Shown here: positions 25,808 to 38,698 of the stretch, in pieces
Position numbering within the stretch: position 1 is the first letter of the stretch
How the letters are laid out: the number at the start of each line of letters is the position of its first letter
NCBI GenBank assembly: GCA_951406725.2
Contig: OX597833.1
Coordinates: 59,768,001-59,832,000, forward strand
DNA from: Octopus vulgaris
Lineage: Eukaryota
DNA length: 64,000 nt
Direction of reading: 5' to 3'
Notes under the pieces: generated by a model
Told to the model about the DNA's origin: nothing
Seen by the model: only the letters and a program-made list of their open reading frames with translations
The model's database searches: none
Made by a program: the position numbers and the translations under genes

Positions 25808-26940
25808 TGGCAACAAGCTGGCAGAATTGTTAGCACGCCAGGCAAAAATGCTTAGCAGCATTTCATCTGTGCTAGCTTACGGCACTCACTTTGATGTTTA
25901 ATACTTTTTTTCCACATGTTCTGTATTTATTATTATTATTATTATTAAGGCAGCGAGCTGGCAGAATCGTTAGCATGCCGGACGTTAACTACATTCTGAG
26001 TTCAAATTCCACCGTGGTCAACATTACCTTTCATCCTTTCGGGGTGAATAAATTAAGTACCAGTTGCATACTGGGGTCGATCTAATCAATTGGCCTCCCC
26101 CCCCCAAATTTCAGGCCTTGTACCTATAGTAGAAAGGATTATTTTTATTATTATTATTATTAAGGTGGTGAACTGGCAGAATTGTTAGCACGTTGGGCAA
26201 AATGCTTAGCAGCATTTTGTCCATCTTTATGTTCTGAGTTCAAATTTCGCCATGGTTGACTTAAGTACCAGTTGTGTACTGGGGGTTGATGTAATCGACT
26301 ATCTCCCTCCCCCAAATTTCAGGCTTTGTGCCTTTAGTAGAAAGGATAATTATTATTATTATTATTATTGTAGAATGGCAGAATTGTTAGCGTTGCTGGT
26401 GCAGTATTTCTTTTGCTTTTTTGTTTTGAAATCAACTTTGTCTTTCACCCCTCTAAGGTGTATAAAGTACCTGTGAAGTACTGGGGTTCATGGTATTAAC
26501 TGAATGGTTATTAGGTGGCGAGCTGGCAGAATCGTTAGCATGCCAAGCGAAATGCTTAGCGGTATTTTGTCTGCCGTTACATTCTGAGTTCAAATTCCAC
26601 TGAGGTCAACTTTGCCTTTCATCCTTTCGGGGTCGATTAAATAAGTACCATTTATACACTGGGGTCAATATAATCGACTTAATCCGTTTGTCTGTCCTTG
26701 TTTGTCCTCTCTTGTGTTTAGCCCCTTGTGGGTAGTAAAGAAATACGTATTTCGTCTGCCGCTACGTTCTGAGTTCAAATTCCGCTGAGGTTGACTTTGC
26801 CTTTCATCCTTTCGGGTTCGATTAAATAAGTACCAGTTACTCACTGGGGTCGATATAATCGACTTAATCCGTGCGTCTGTCCTTGTTTGTCCTCTCTGTG
26901 TTTAGCCCTTTGTGGCAGTAAAGAAATAGAAATAGGTATT
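25808..26940 (+). mobile_element. Cluster of SINE-B copies separated by (TAT)n
   Basis: At least five heads (ggcagaatcgttagca) in the same orientation, ending in a dimer. Confidence 0.85.
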
Positions 26941-28400
26941 GACTGACCTCTCCTCCTAGTATTGCTGGTCTTCTGTCTAGATCAGAAAGAATTATTGTTG
27001 ATTTTACTGTATTCTAGTTTCCTTTTTTTCTCTTAATCATGAAACTAAAGTTGGAAATTCAGGCATTTACAGCCTCCACCATTGTGGTCAAGTCATTAGA
27101 AATGTTGCTTCACAATCATGAAGTCATGGGTTCAATCCCATTGCAAGGCATTATGGGCAAGTGTCTTTGAGCACGGACCCAAATGACATTGGGTAAATGG
27201 AAACTGCATGGAAGCTTTTCAGACTGGAATATAGCTGGAATTCAATGCTGGTTGGAGAATATATTAACGGAATACATGTCTGGAATTCTCAGTTATTTAG
27301 GTGCTAGTTCCATGAGTAGGTAATTTGGTTGATCAAAGCTGAAGAACTGCCATGTAAAGCACAGGTGTGTGTGTGTGTGTTTAAAGGAGAAAAGCTAGTG
27401 TGTATAAATGTGTATATATATACTAAAGATAGTGTTTGTGAAATGTGTGTGAAAGTGAGAAGATAATGAGTTTGTGCGTGTGTGTTCTATTTTAATTAAA
27501 ACAAAATAATTAATAATACTTCCTAATATCAGTTGACAAGGCCACAGAGTGTTGTGGAGAGGTGGGGGGGCATATTTAATTATATCATGATGTGATTGTT
27601 GATAATTATCAACCCCCCTGGAAGGTTAAAAGGTAAAGTTGACCTTGGCAAGAAATGAACTCTTGGTCATGGAAGAATGTAACTAAATACCAAAAGATAT
27701 ATTGTCTGGTGTTCTTACTGATTCTATCTGCCATCATTCTTTAAAATAATGTCTCTAATTAAAGTAACTATCAGAGTTGACTGAACTGATTCCAATCTTG
27801 AAATATTCCTGGTAACAAATGGACACGGCTTGCTGGTTGGAACCAGTTGAAGTGAGATGTGTCAAAATGAAGTATTTCTATAATGGTTTTCCTTGTCCTT
27901 GGATAACCTCCTGGATCCTGAGTCTGAGAGTTTGATTCCATTATATGGCATCTTGGACAAGTGTCTTTGACAAATGCTTCAGGTTGACGACGGAGACTAT
28001 TGACGTCTGGTTGACGAACTTATTGTGATTCAAAGCTCCAGCTTTGCAAACCGCTTCATCGCATATATTATGTTTGTGAGTTACATTAAGGTTACATGTC
28101 TGTGGAATACTCAGTCACTTACATGCGAATTCAAGTAGTTCCATTGATCTGGAAATTGGAATATGCTGTGTCAAAAGCAACAACATCTATTTACCTGTAT
28201 ACTTTACATATACACACACATCCAACACACACACACACACACGCACATCCAACACACACACATGTACATCCAACACACACACACACACACACACACATCC
28301 AACACACACACACACACATCCAACGCACACACATGCACATCCAACACACACACACATTCACACACATCCAACACACGCACACATGCACATCCAACACACA

Positions 28401-28437
<37 letters not shown>

Positions 28438-28530
28438 CCAACACACACACACACACCAACACACACACATGCACACTTGTATATATTTGCATACACATAT
28501 ATATATACATGTATATAAAGTAACCTCTGC

Positions 28531-28574
<44 letters not shown>

Positions 28575-28590
28575 GCATAAATAAAAAGGA

Positions 28591-28666
28591 AAAGTGGGAA
28601 CAGCATGGAAGTATGTTTAAAGATTGTTTTTTTTCTTTAAACATACTTCCATGCTATTTTCACTTT
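28591..28666 (+). other. 33-bp stem hairpin with 10-nt loop
   Basis: Perfect 22-bp arms 28602-28623 / 28634-28655, one mismatch, then a 10-bp lower stem with two G-U pairs. Confidence 0.8.
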
Positions 28667-28718
28667 CACTTTTTACCTATAACCTTTGATTTGTATGAAT
28701 TCTTAACCCACTTTTCAG

Positions 28719-28771
<53 letters not shown>

Positions 28772-29284
28772 CATATATTATAGTATATCATATATTATAG
28801 TATATCATATATTATATGAATGATGTGAAAAAAAAACTTTTCTATTTTATGATTTTAATTTCAGACCACTCAAGAAATCCAATTCCACAAAGTCGCTTCT
28901 CTCAAAATGTGGAATCATGGTTTACTTTTGCTGTTGCACTCTCTGACCTTATTGACCATCATCCAATGGGGCCATTCAATGACCATACCAGCCCATTACT
29001 ACCACCATGACTGCAGGACTGTGCAAGAAATGTCCAGAAAAATTGACCGACCTATTAATATTTGAGTAACTCTCTGAACATCCACTTCTCGAAAGAAGTG
29101 ATGTAAATACCTGAAACTGACAGAACTGTGACTGGTATAGTTGTGACTGGAATAGACATGTCATTACCCTGTTTATGACCCCTGCAGAGTTATGATTCTA
29201 TAAAGATTTGTAACTGTGGTGCAACTTAATTAGTATCAAGTGCCTCCCTCTGAATGATATCATTAATTCATTCATCTGACATTA

Positions 29285-29920
29285 CTTCACTCGACTGATA
29301 TCATTGCTTCATTCAGCTGATATCATTGCTTCATTCAGCTGATATCATTGCTTCACTCGGCTGATATCATTGCTTCACTCGGCTGATATCATTGCTTCAC
29401 TCGGCTGATATCATTGCTTCACTCGGCAGATATCATTGCTTCACTCGGCTGATATCATTGCTTCACTCGGCTGATATCATTGCTTCACTCGGCTGATATC
29501 ATTGTTTCACTCGGCTGATATCATTGCTTCACTCGGCAGATATCATTGTTTCACTCGGCTGATATCATTGCTTCACTCGGCTGATATCATTGCTTCACTT
29601 GGCTGATATCATTGCTTCACTCGGCTGATATCATTGCTTCACTCGGCAGATATCATTGCTTCACTCAGCTGATATCATTGCTTCACTTGGCAGATATCGT
29701 TGCTTCACTCCACTGATATCATTGCTTCACTCGCTTGATATCAATCATTGCTTCACTTGGCTGATATCATTGCTCCATTCAGCTGATATTACAGCTTCAC
29801 TCGGCAGATATCATTGCTTCACTCGGCTGATATCATTGTTTCACTCGGCAGATATCATTGCTTCACTTGGCAGACTTCACTGCTTCATTCAGCTGATATT
29901 ACAGCTTCACTCGGCTGGCA
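29285..29920. repeat. 22-bp minisatellite (gatatcattgcttcactcggct), ~28 units
   Basis: gatatc at 29341, 29363, 29385 and onward. Confidence 0.95.
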
Positions 29921-30129
29921 TAGCTTCTTCACTCCCTCAGCTGACTTTGAATGTTCCACCCACCAAAAATTAGTTATCAGAGATTTCGTGTTGACATTAT
30001 ATTTATAAATATATGCCTGTGAATAATACAGTGAGCAGCTGTGGGGCTTTTATGCCTATGTATGATGCCTATGTATGTAAAAGCATGTATATGTATGCAT
30101 ATATGTATGTGTATGTACATTCCCATTTA

Positions 30130-30722
30130 GCTGAAAGATTAATTACTTACGAGGCAGCCAGCTGGAGTCAGTGAGTTTAATGTTGTCACAAAGTGAAACA
30201 ACACTGAAACAATGTTTAAATATTGTCATTTCCTTTGTTGAATGTCACATGTTGGCTTTTACATTGTAATAATAATAATGAGGCGAGGAGGCCGGTGTGG
30301 AGGAGGAGGAGGAGGCTTGTTTTATCACCATTGTCCAACCTTTCACATCGTCTGCACTGCACGATGATTCTTTAGCGCACTCACACAAAATAGCCGCCCC
30401 TTTACTGGGGTTTTACAAGCAACTATCATTTCTAGAAACTTCCCCCCCCCCATTTCCTTCATTTGGCTTGGCATAATGAAGAGCATCTAGAAGTTTGTCA
30501 CCTTCTTTGCCCAAGGAAAGACTGAAAAGCCTTTTAAGGTCACAGGTTACCCTTAAAAGTGCTGCGTAGTTTGGACCTAAGATTCTTCATCTGCTGCCAA
30601 CTTGCTAAAAGCAACCGTTCGACGTTACCAAAACTGAAGGAAGAAGGAGTTTCTAGAAAACAGAACAACGAACAAATTCAAGTTTTGTCCAAGTTAGCTT
30701 TAGCCAAACAAAATTAGTGAGA
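30130..30722 (+). promoter_or_regulatory. Putative promoter / 5' UTR of the TRPM-like transcript
   Basis: Unique non-repetitive sequence directly upstream of the ATG, with a GGA-rich tract (30280-30316), a few CpGs and two tiny uORFs (30364-30375, 30476-30490). The TSS cannot be determined. Confidence 0.4.
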
Positions 30723-30817
30723 ATGTTTGATGTCCAAAACATCTATGGTACCCCACAGATCACCCGTAAACAGCAACAGTCACTGAGGCCACGTCGAATG
30801 ACACTCATTGATCTCAG
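30723..30817 (+). CDS. First coding exon of a TRPM-family channel gene (MFDVQNIYGTPQITRKQQQSLRPRRMTLIDL-R)
   Basis: ATG at 30723 with an in-frame TAG upstream at 30654. It is 31 codons plus 2 nt and ends CTCAG|GTACAT (GT at 30818). Phase 2 matches the exon at 52228. It lies in a repeat-free island. Confidence 0.7.
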
Positions 30818-31424
30818 GTACATGTACAGAATGCTTTGATTTAGCATGGAGACTAACCATTAACCCAGTCATGCAGCCAGTGTACCACATGGTTAAAATT
30901 AACAATTGTTTTGACTGACATTTATCATACCATCCCTTTAACCCTTTTTTACTAATTGTGCCACGATAATGGAAACTGTTATTTCTTACTAACTATTATT
31001 GTTTGCCTGCATAAATCATGTTCATTCAGTTTTCATATTCATTTATTCCGTAAATAATGTTTTAATACAGGAAAAGTGGACCTTGAACCAACGGTAACCA
31101 TCATTTCATGCATTAAACATCTTGTTTCTGTTTGTAATTTCCACTGCATATCATTCAAGCATGTTAGGCGATACCTTATCATATCACACAGCATGATAGG
31201 CAATATTTTGTGACCATATCACACAACTTGTTAGGTGATATCTTGTGACTATATTATGTACATTAGGCGATATCTTGTAACTATATCACACAGCATGTGA
31301 CGTGACATCATGTGATCATATCACACAGCATGTTTGATGATATTTTGTGACTACTGACTACCATCTCCATTAATACTGACCATAGTTATTGTTATGATTA
31401 TTATATGAACAAAGTTCTTCTAAC

Positions 31425-31809
31425 TTACTCTTTTACTTGTTTCAGTCATTTGACTGCGGCCATGCTGGAGCACCGCCTTTAGTCAAGCAAATCGACCCTG
31501 GGACTTATTCTTTGTAAGCCCAGTACTTATTCTATCGGTCTCTTTTGCCGAACCGCTAAGTGACGGGGACGTAAACACACTAGCATCGGTTGTCAAGCAA
31601 TGCTAGGGGGATAAACACAGACACACACACATCTATATATATATACATACAACTGGCTTCTTTCAGTTTCCGTCTACCAAATCCACTCACAAGGCATTGG
31701 TCGGCCCGGGGCTATAGCAGAAGACACTTGCCCAAGATGCCACGCAGTGGGACTGAACCCGGAACCATGTGGCTGGTTAGCAAGCTACTTACCACACAGC
31801 CACTCCTGC
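31425..31809 (-). mobile_element. SINE family A (intronic)
   Basis: Reverse complement of the family A consensus. Confidence 0.9.
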
Positions 31810-34463
31810 TGATTATTATATGATTATTATATGAACAAATTTCTTCTAATTTGGTGGCAATTAACACATTAATACAATATTCATATTGTTCAGCTTCGTC
31901 TATGAAAGAAGAGGGGTAGGCATGAGCTGGTGCAGTGGTTTACAACTTCACTGCTCAGTCACATTAGTTACAGTTTCAAACTAACTCCTCTGCACCTTGA
32001 GCAAGGGTTGAATAAAAATACCAGCTGGTATTTATTTCGTGCAAGTTGAGTTGATGTGAGGTAAGTTAATATTTCCCCTTGGTCTGACATGTTTTTCAGG
32101 GAAGCTTGAGCGCAACATGCATGATGGTCAGACTTGTTTACGACTATCATGCAATGTCAAGGCAAGGAGGCAGTAACTAACACATGCACCCATCCACCTG
32201 CACATACATACATACCCATCCACCCACACGCTCACATGCGTGCACACACACACACACTCACATGCGTGCACACACACACACACACACTCACATGGGTGCA
32301 CACACACAAAATGTTCTACACACACTCACACACACACACACACACACACAATGTCTTACATACAAAATGTCCTACACACACACACACACACACATACAAT
32401 ATCCTACACATGCACACCCACATAAATGTTTCACACACACACACACACAATGTCCTGTACACATAAAATGTCCTACACACATACACACACACACACATCT
32501 AAAATGTCCTACTCACATGTATACAGCCCTAAAAACAGGGTTTCCCTCTTATTAACCTACTTTACTCCAGTGGTATGTTACGGTAAGTAACCTGACACTG
32601 TTGATTGGACACACACACACACATTCATACAATCACAAATACATAATTATAGATATACTCACACAGGCATGCATCCACACACACATACCTACACAGGCAT
32701 TAATGATATTGGAAAGAGATAGAAAAATAGTGATATCTTCGCCACCCTCACCCTGACCTCCTCCTACAGTTACACCCCCTCCTACCCTCAGCCTACTTCT
32801 CCCTTTATGTATTTTTCAACTGAATATTCCTGTCTTTTAGCTGTGTCTGGGGCACCACCACCACCACCACACTAATAATAATAATCCTTTCTACTATAGG
32901 AACAAAGGCCTGAAATTTTGGCGGGAGGAGACTAGTTGATTACATTGACCCCCATCCAGTACTCAACTGGTACTTAATCTATCCACTCCAAATGGATAAA
33001 AGGCTAAGTCAGCCTTGGTGGAATTTGAACTCAGAACGTAAAGCTGGAAGAACTGACTGCTCAGCATTTTCTCCGGCATGCTAACAGTTCTGCCAGTTTG
33101 CTCCTGTTATAAAAATTTTGTAGCAGGCACATATTTTAATGTTGTTGGGACGTAGGTGATTCTATTGGACTCAATATTTAGTTGGAACTAACTTTATCAA
33201 GCCCTAACATCTAAAATGTGAAGTTGATCTCAGCAGGGTTTGAACTGTGAACTCTGTGCTCTGTAATGAAATGCCATAAAATATTTTATTTGCTACAAGT
33301 AATGTTTAGCATTGATTCATTCTGTAAAGATGTTTTATTCAGATTCTAAGATTTATAAAACGTTATGTAGCATTTATACCTTTCTACTTTATTGTAATAA
33401 CTGTTGGTTTTTACCAAGAGTACTAATAACATAAAAGGTATTGGACTAATTCATTTAAAAGCTAATCCATTGAAATCTTGTACACAAAATATTCTCAATT
33501 TGTTAAAATTTGTTTTAGTGTGAGGAAGAAAATAAAAGCCTAATGGTGATTGTTAGCAACTGTCAAAGGAAAGGGAGATAAGTAAGAGTTAACTTCGATG
33601 TAAATTTACTTGTTTAGAGGAAGAAATACATGGTTTTCTGTTTTCTGGTGAAGGGGACAACTATATTCATGTTTCATCCTAGTAGACTCTCATCAGCAGA
33701 ATCTAACCAAGCTTGATAATCAGTTGACAGATATTTTTACATCATCATCATCATCGTTTAGCATCCGTTTTCCATGCTGGCATGGGTTGGATGGTTCAAC
33801 TGGGGTCTGGGAAGCCAGAAGGCTGCACCAGGCTCCAGTCTGATCTGGCAGTGTTTCTACGGCTGGATGCTCTTCCTAACGCCAACCACTCCATGAGTGT
33901 AGTGGGTGCTTTTTACGTGCCACCGGCACAGGTGCCAGACGAGGTTGGCAAATGGCCACGATCGGATGGTGCTTTTTATGTGCCACCGGCACGGAGGCCA
34001 GGCAAGGCTGGCAACAGCCATAAAACAGGAATTTTAAGTTAATGAACTATCTGTTTATAGGTGATGTATATGCAATTCTTCTGCTGATAATTCGTTTGAT
34101 CTAGGCAGATACTATATTCCATGTTAGCTCAGATAACGTAGATGCCAGTGGATATCAGATCGTAAGGGGATGTTAATCTGTGATAGACTAACCTCATATC
34201 CAGGAGGAGATTTAGCTCTCATCTTCATATTATGGCATATATTGTGAAACGAACTGAGCTGATTATAGAGTGGATTACTAGATCCTTACCTTCACTGCAA
34301 AATGTTCCCTCTTTCAGTGGAAAGTTTTATTAATCCTGCTTACCCTTAGAACATGAACAATTTAATCATATGAAATGGCTACAGTTGTTGTTTAACCCCT
34401 GGTCAGCCCTGATCTATGATCAAAGATGTGCTGGCTGTGACTATCCTGCCTTTTCTGGGGTAT

Positions 34464-35709
34464 CTCCAACCACATTATCTCATGTACCCTCACCTTGTGT
34501 GATTCAAAGGAGATTTGGCTGCTATTTCTAACAGATTAAACTACCACTCCAACTACATTATCTCATGTACCCTCACCTTGTGTGATTCAAAGGAGATTTG
34601 GCTGCTATTTCTAACAGATTAAACTACCACTCCAACTACCTTATCTCATGTACCCTCACTTTTTGTGATTCAAAGGAGATTTGGCTGCTATTTCTAACAG
34701 ATTGAACTACCACTCCAATTCCATTATCTCATGTACCCTCACCTTGTGTGATTCGAAGGAGATTTGGCTGCTATTTCTAACAGATTAAACTACCACTCCA
34801 ACTACATTATCTCATGTACCCTCACCTTGTATGATTCGAAGAAGATTTGGCTGCTATTTCTAACAGATTGAACTACCACTCCAACTACCTTATCTCATGT
34901 ACCCTCACCTTGTGTGATTCAAAGGAGATTTGGCTGCTATTTCTAACAGATTAAACTACCACTCCAACTACATTATCTCATGTACCCTCACCTTGTGTTA
35001 TTCAAAGGAGATTTGGCTGCTATTTCTAACAGATTAAACTACCACTCCAACTACCTTATCTCATGTACCCTCACCTTTTGTGATTCAAAGGAGATTTGGC
35101 TGCTATTTCTAACAGATTAAACTACCACTCCAATTCCATTATCTCATGTACCCTCACCTTGTGTGATTCGAAGGAGATTTGGCTGCTATTTCTAACAGAT
35201 TAAACTACCACTCCAACTACATTATCTCATGTACCCTCACCTTGTATGATTCGAAGGAGATTTGACTGCTATTTCTAACAGATTAAACTACCACTCCAAC
35301 TACCTTATCTCATGTACCCTCACCTTGTGTGATTCGAAGAAGATTTGGCTGCTATTTCTAACAGATTAAACTACCACTCCAACTACATTATCTCATGTAC
35401 CCTCACCTTGTATGATTCGAAGGAGATTTGGCTGCTATTTCTAACAGATTAAACTACCACTCCAACTACCTTATCTCATGTACCCTCACCTTGTGTGATT
35501 CGAAGAAGATTTGGCTGCTATTTCTAACAGATTAAACTACCACTCCAACTACATTATCTCATGTACCCTCGCCTTGTGTGATTCGAAGAAGATTTGGCTG
35601 CTATTTCTAACAGATTAAAACTACCACTCCAACTACCTTATCTCATGTACCCTCACCTTGTGTGATTCGAAGAAGATTTGGCTGCTATTTCTAACAGATT
35701 GAACTACCA
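34464..35709. repeat. 83-bp tandem repeat, 15 units
   Basis: ctccaa at 34464, 34547, 34630 and onward; no spacers. Confidence 0.95.
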
Positions 35710-36127
35710 AGATGAAGCTAGTTTGGAGCCAGCTCTTTGGGAAATAGAAAGGGGTTGACCTTTTTTTATATTAGGGAGAAAAAAAAAGCTCCCTCTACCC
35801 ACCATCTCCTCCAACATGTAGGGGTTAGACAGAGCTGGAGATACCCCCACCTCACTGTCTACACTAAGACAGTTAGAGTGGCTGTTTGTTCCCTCTCCCC
35901 CCTTTCTGATAGAGCATTACGCCCTTTGGTATGTACCAAAGTAATTGATGTGGGTGTAGGGGGTGGACAGATAAGGCAAAAAGCACAGGGAAATTTACTT
36001 TTCCCCCTCCCCACACACTTATGTACACACACACACACACACACACATGTGCATATACATACATGTACACACATATTCAAAAGTGGGGCTTCACTAGATA
36101 ATCGCTACTCCAAGTTTCCTGTTTCCA

Positions 36128-36330
36128 TTACTCTTTTACTTGTTTCAGTCGGTTGACTGTGGCCATGCTGGAGCACTGCCTTTAGTCGACCGAATCGACC
36201 CGAGGACTTATTCTTTGTAAGCCTAGTACTTATTCTGTCGGGTTCTGTTTCCGAACCGCTAAGTTACGGGGACGTAAACACACCACCATTGGTTGTCAAC
36301 CGATGTTGGGGAGACAAACATACACACACG

Positions 36331-36364
<34 letters not shown>

Positions 36365-36520
36365 CGACGGGCTTCTTTTAGTTTCCGTCTACCAAATCTG
36401 CTCACAAGGCTTTGGTCGGCCCGAGGCTATAGTAGAAGGCACTTGCCCAAGGTGCCACGCAGTGGGACTGAACCCGGAACTATGTAGCTCATAAGCAAGC
36501 AACTTACCACACAGCCACTC
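36128..36520 (-). mobile_element. SINE family A (intronic, left member of an inverted pair)
   Basis: Reverse complement of the family A consensus. Confidence 0.9.
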
Positions 36521-36667
36521 AACAATAATAAACTGAAGACTCACATTCAAATATATACTCCTGAACATGTATTGAATGCATTCTCCTCCTCCTCGTGTGT
36601 GTGTATAGAGAGAGATGTGTACATTCTGATAGTAATATTCTTGGTGTGTTGTGTATGTATGTATATA

Positions 36668-37076
36668 GGCGCAGGAGTGGCTGTGTGGTAAGTAGCTTGC
36701 TAACCAACCACATGGTTCCGGGTTCAGTCCCACTGCGTGGCATCTTGGGCAAGTGTCTTCTGCTATAGCCCCGGGCTGACCAATGCCTTGTGAGTGGATT
36801 TGGTAGACGGAAACTGAAAGAAGCCTGTCGTATATATGTATATGTATATATGTGTTTGTGTGTCTGTGTTTGTCCCCCTAGCATTGCTTGACAACCGATG
36901 CTAGTGTGTTTACGTCCCCGTCACTTAGCGGTTTCGCAAAAGAGACCGATAGAATAAGTACTGGGCTTACAAAAAGAATAAGTCCCGGGGTCGATTTGCT
37001 CGACTAAAAGGCGGTGCTCCAGCATGGCCGCAGTCAAATGACTGAAACATGTAAAAGAGTAAAAGAGAGTAAAGAG
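36668..37076 (+). mobile_element. SINE family A (intronic, right member of an inverted pair)
   Basis: Family A head at 36668 and (GTAAAAGA)n tail. Confidence 0.9.
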
Positions 37077-37842
37077 TATATGTTACGTATACGGAGTAAT
37101 TACAGGGGTTACTTGAGACGGTTGGTTTTATTTGCAATGGTGGTGGTGGTCATGGTTGTGTTGGTGGTGGTCATGGTTGTGGTGGTGGTGGTCATGGTTG
37201 TGGTGGTGGTGGTCATGGTTGTGGTGGTGCAATCTATTTTTGTCCGTTCCCCCCCCCCCCCGTGTAGTGACCAGATATGTTAAGTAGATTGCAGGAAGTA
37301 TTTACAACTTGTTTTGTCTGCGGCTGAAATAACCAAGAGCCGTGTTATTAGCCTCAGCACTCACCCCGATAATCTAACCTCTGCGGGAATGTCAAAGTGA
37401 CCACACTTCATTGACCTCTGTCCAATGTTTACTTTTTAATCTCACCGGGTCAGTCTAACTTTGCTATAGCTTTAATTTGTGTGTAACTTTCTTGGGATGT
37501 TTACAGTGTCTAAAAGTGCAATATTCCACAAGGGTTTTTTTAGCCAATTATTTGCTATGAAATTGTTCTGGGTGTTTGTTGATCCCCTGTCCCCTTTTTT
37601 TCTTTTTTTCCCCTTTTTTTTTGTGGTACCAACTGCTTCAGTAACAACAACTTAGTCCTGTTCTTATTTTTAGCGTATCACATTCATTTAATCTCATTCT
37701 CAAATGACAATATTTGCTAATTTCTCTGAAGATTAGCTGCGACATTAATGATGGAAAATTAAGTGTTGGACATAACTATCATATCTAATGTCCTGCATAG
37801 TAGTTATGTCAGCAATATTTATAATTGTTGCTCTGGATGGCA

Positions 37843-37869
<27 letters not shown>

Positions 37870-37879
<10 letters not shown>

Positions 37880-38302
37880 AACTGAGAATGTGTGTCTGTC
37901 TGTCTGTCTGTATGTTTCCCTAAAACTTGAGAACTACACAACCAATTTCATTCAAATTTTACACATGCCTTACTTAGGGTCCGGGGAGTGTCATCGGCAA
38001 ACACAATTTTAAATGCTCCCTCCCCCCCAGAAGTAGAGGTAGGCTGGATTGTAGCCACACTTCTATACAAGAGGGAGGACAAGATACAATTGATTGAAAT
38101 TACAAGAGACAGGCTAACAATCCCAGTCTGTTATATATTTTGAGTATTGTTATCACTAGCGATATCAAGATATAACTTTGTATTTTGTATTTTATGTGTA
38201 GATGTATATATATATAGATGTACATGTAATATATACACATATATATACACATATATACACGCACTAGCACTATGACCCGGCAACGACGGGTCTTTAATGC
38301 TA

Positions 38303-38303
<1 letters not shown>
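37870..38303 (+). mobile_element. Non-autonomous Helitron-like element in a (TA)n tract
   Basis: 5' TATATAAAA plus (TCTG)n subterminal microsatellite; 3' hairpin GACCCG-7nt-CGGGTC followed by CTAG|T. Confidence 0.65.
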
Positions 38304-38333
<30 letters not shown>

Positions 38334-38335
<2 letters not shown>

Positions 38336-38652
38336 CGCGTGGCTTAGTGGTTAGGTCTTTTGGCTCACGACTTTAGGATCGTGAGTTCCATTCCCGGCGA
38401 TGCAATGTGTCCTTGAGCAAGACACTTTATTTCACATTGTTCCAGTCCACTCAGCTGGCAAAAATGAGTTGTACCTGTATTTCAAAGGGTCAGCCTTGTT
38501 ACACTCTATGTCACGCTGAATCTCCCTGAGAACTACATTAGGGGTACACGCATCTGCGGATTGCTCAGTCACTTGCATGTTAATTTCACGAGCAAGCTGT
38601 TCTGTTGATCGTATCAGCTGGGACCCTCGTCATTGTAACCGACAGAGTGCTC

Positions 38653-38655
<3 letters not shown>
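38334..38655 (+). mobile_element. tRNA-derived SINE (further family)
   Basis: A box TGGCTTAGTGG, degenerate B box and core gtgtccttgagcaagacactttatttcac. Related minus-strand copies are near 400-555 and 63680-63820. Confidence 0.7.

Positions 38656-38698
<43 letters not shown>

Noticed and set aside
33665-33700. Minus-strand CTGATGA...GAAAC hammerhead-like motif
   Set aside because: Stem II is weak, U16.1 is missing (GAAACATGA) and there is no stem I pairing; at best a dead relic.
34464-35709. CRISPR-like appearance of the regular arrays (also 29285-29920 and 56355-57290)
   Set aside because: Units are contiguous with no unique spacers, there are no cas genes, and the DNA is eukaryotic.
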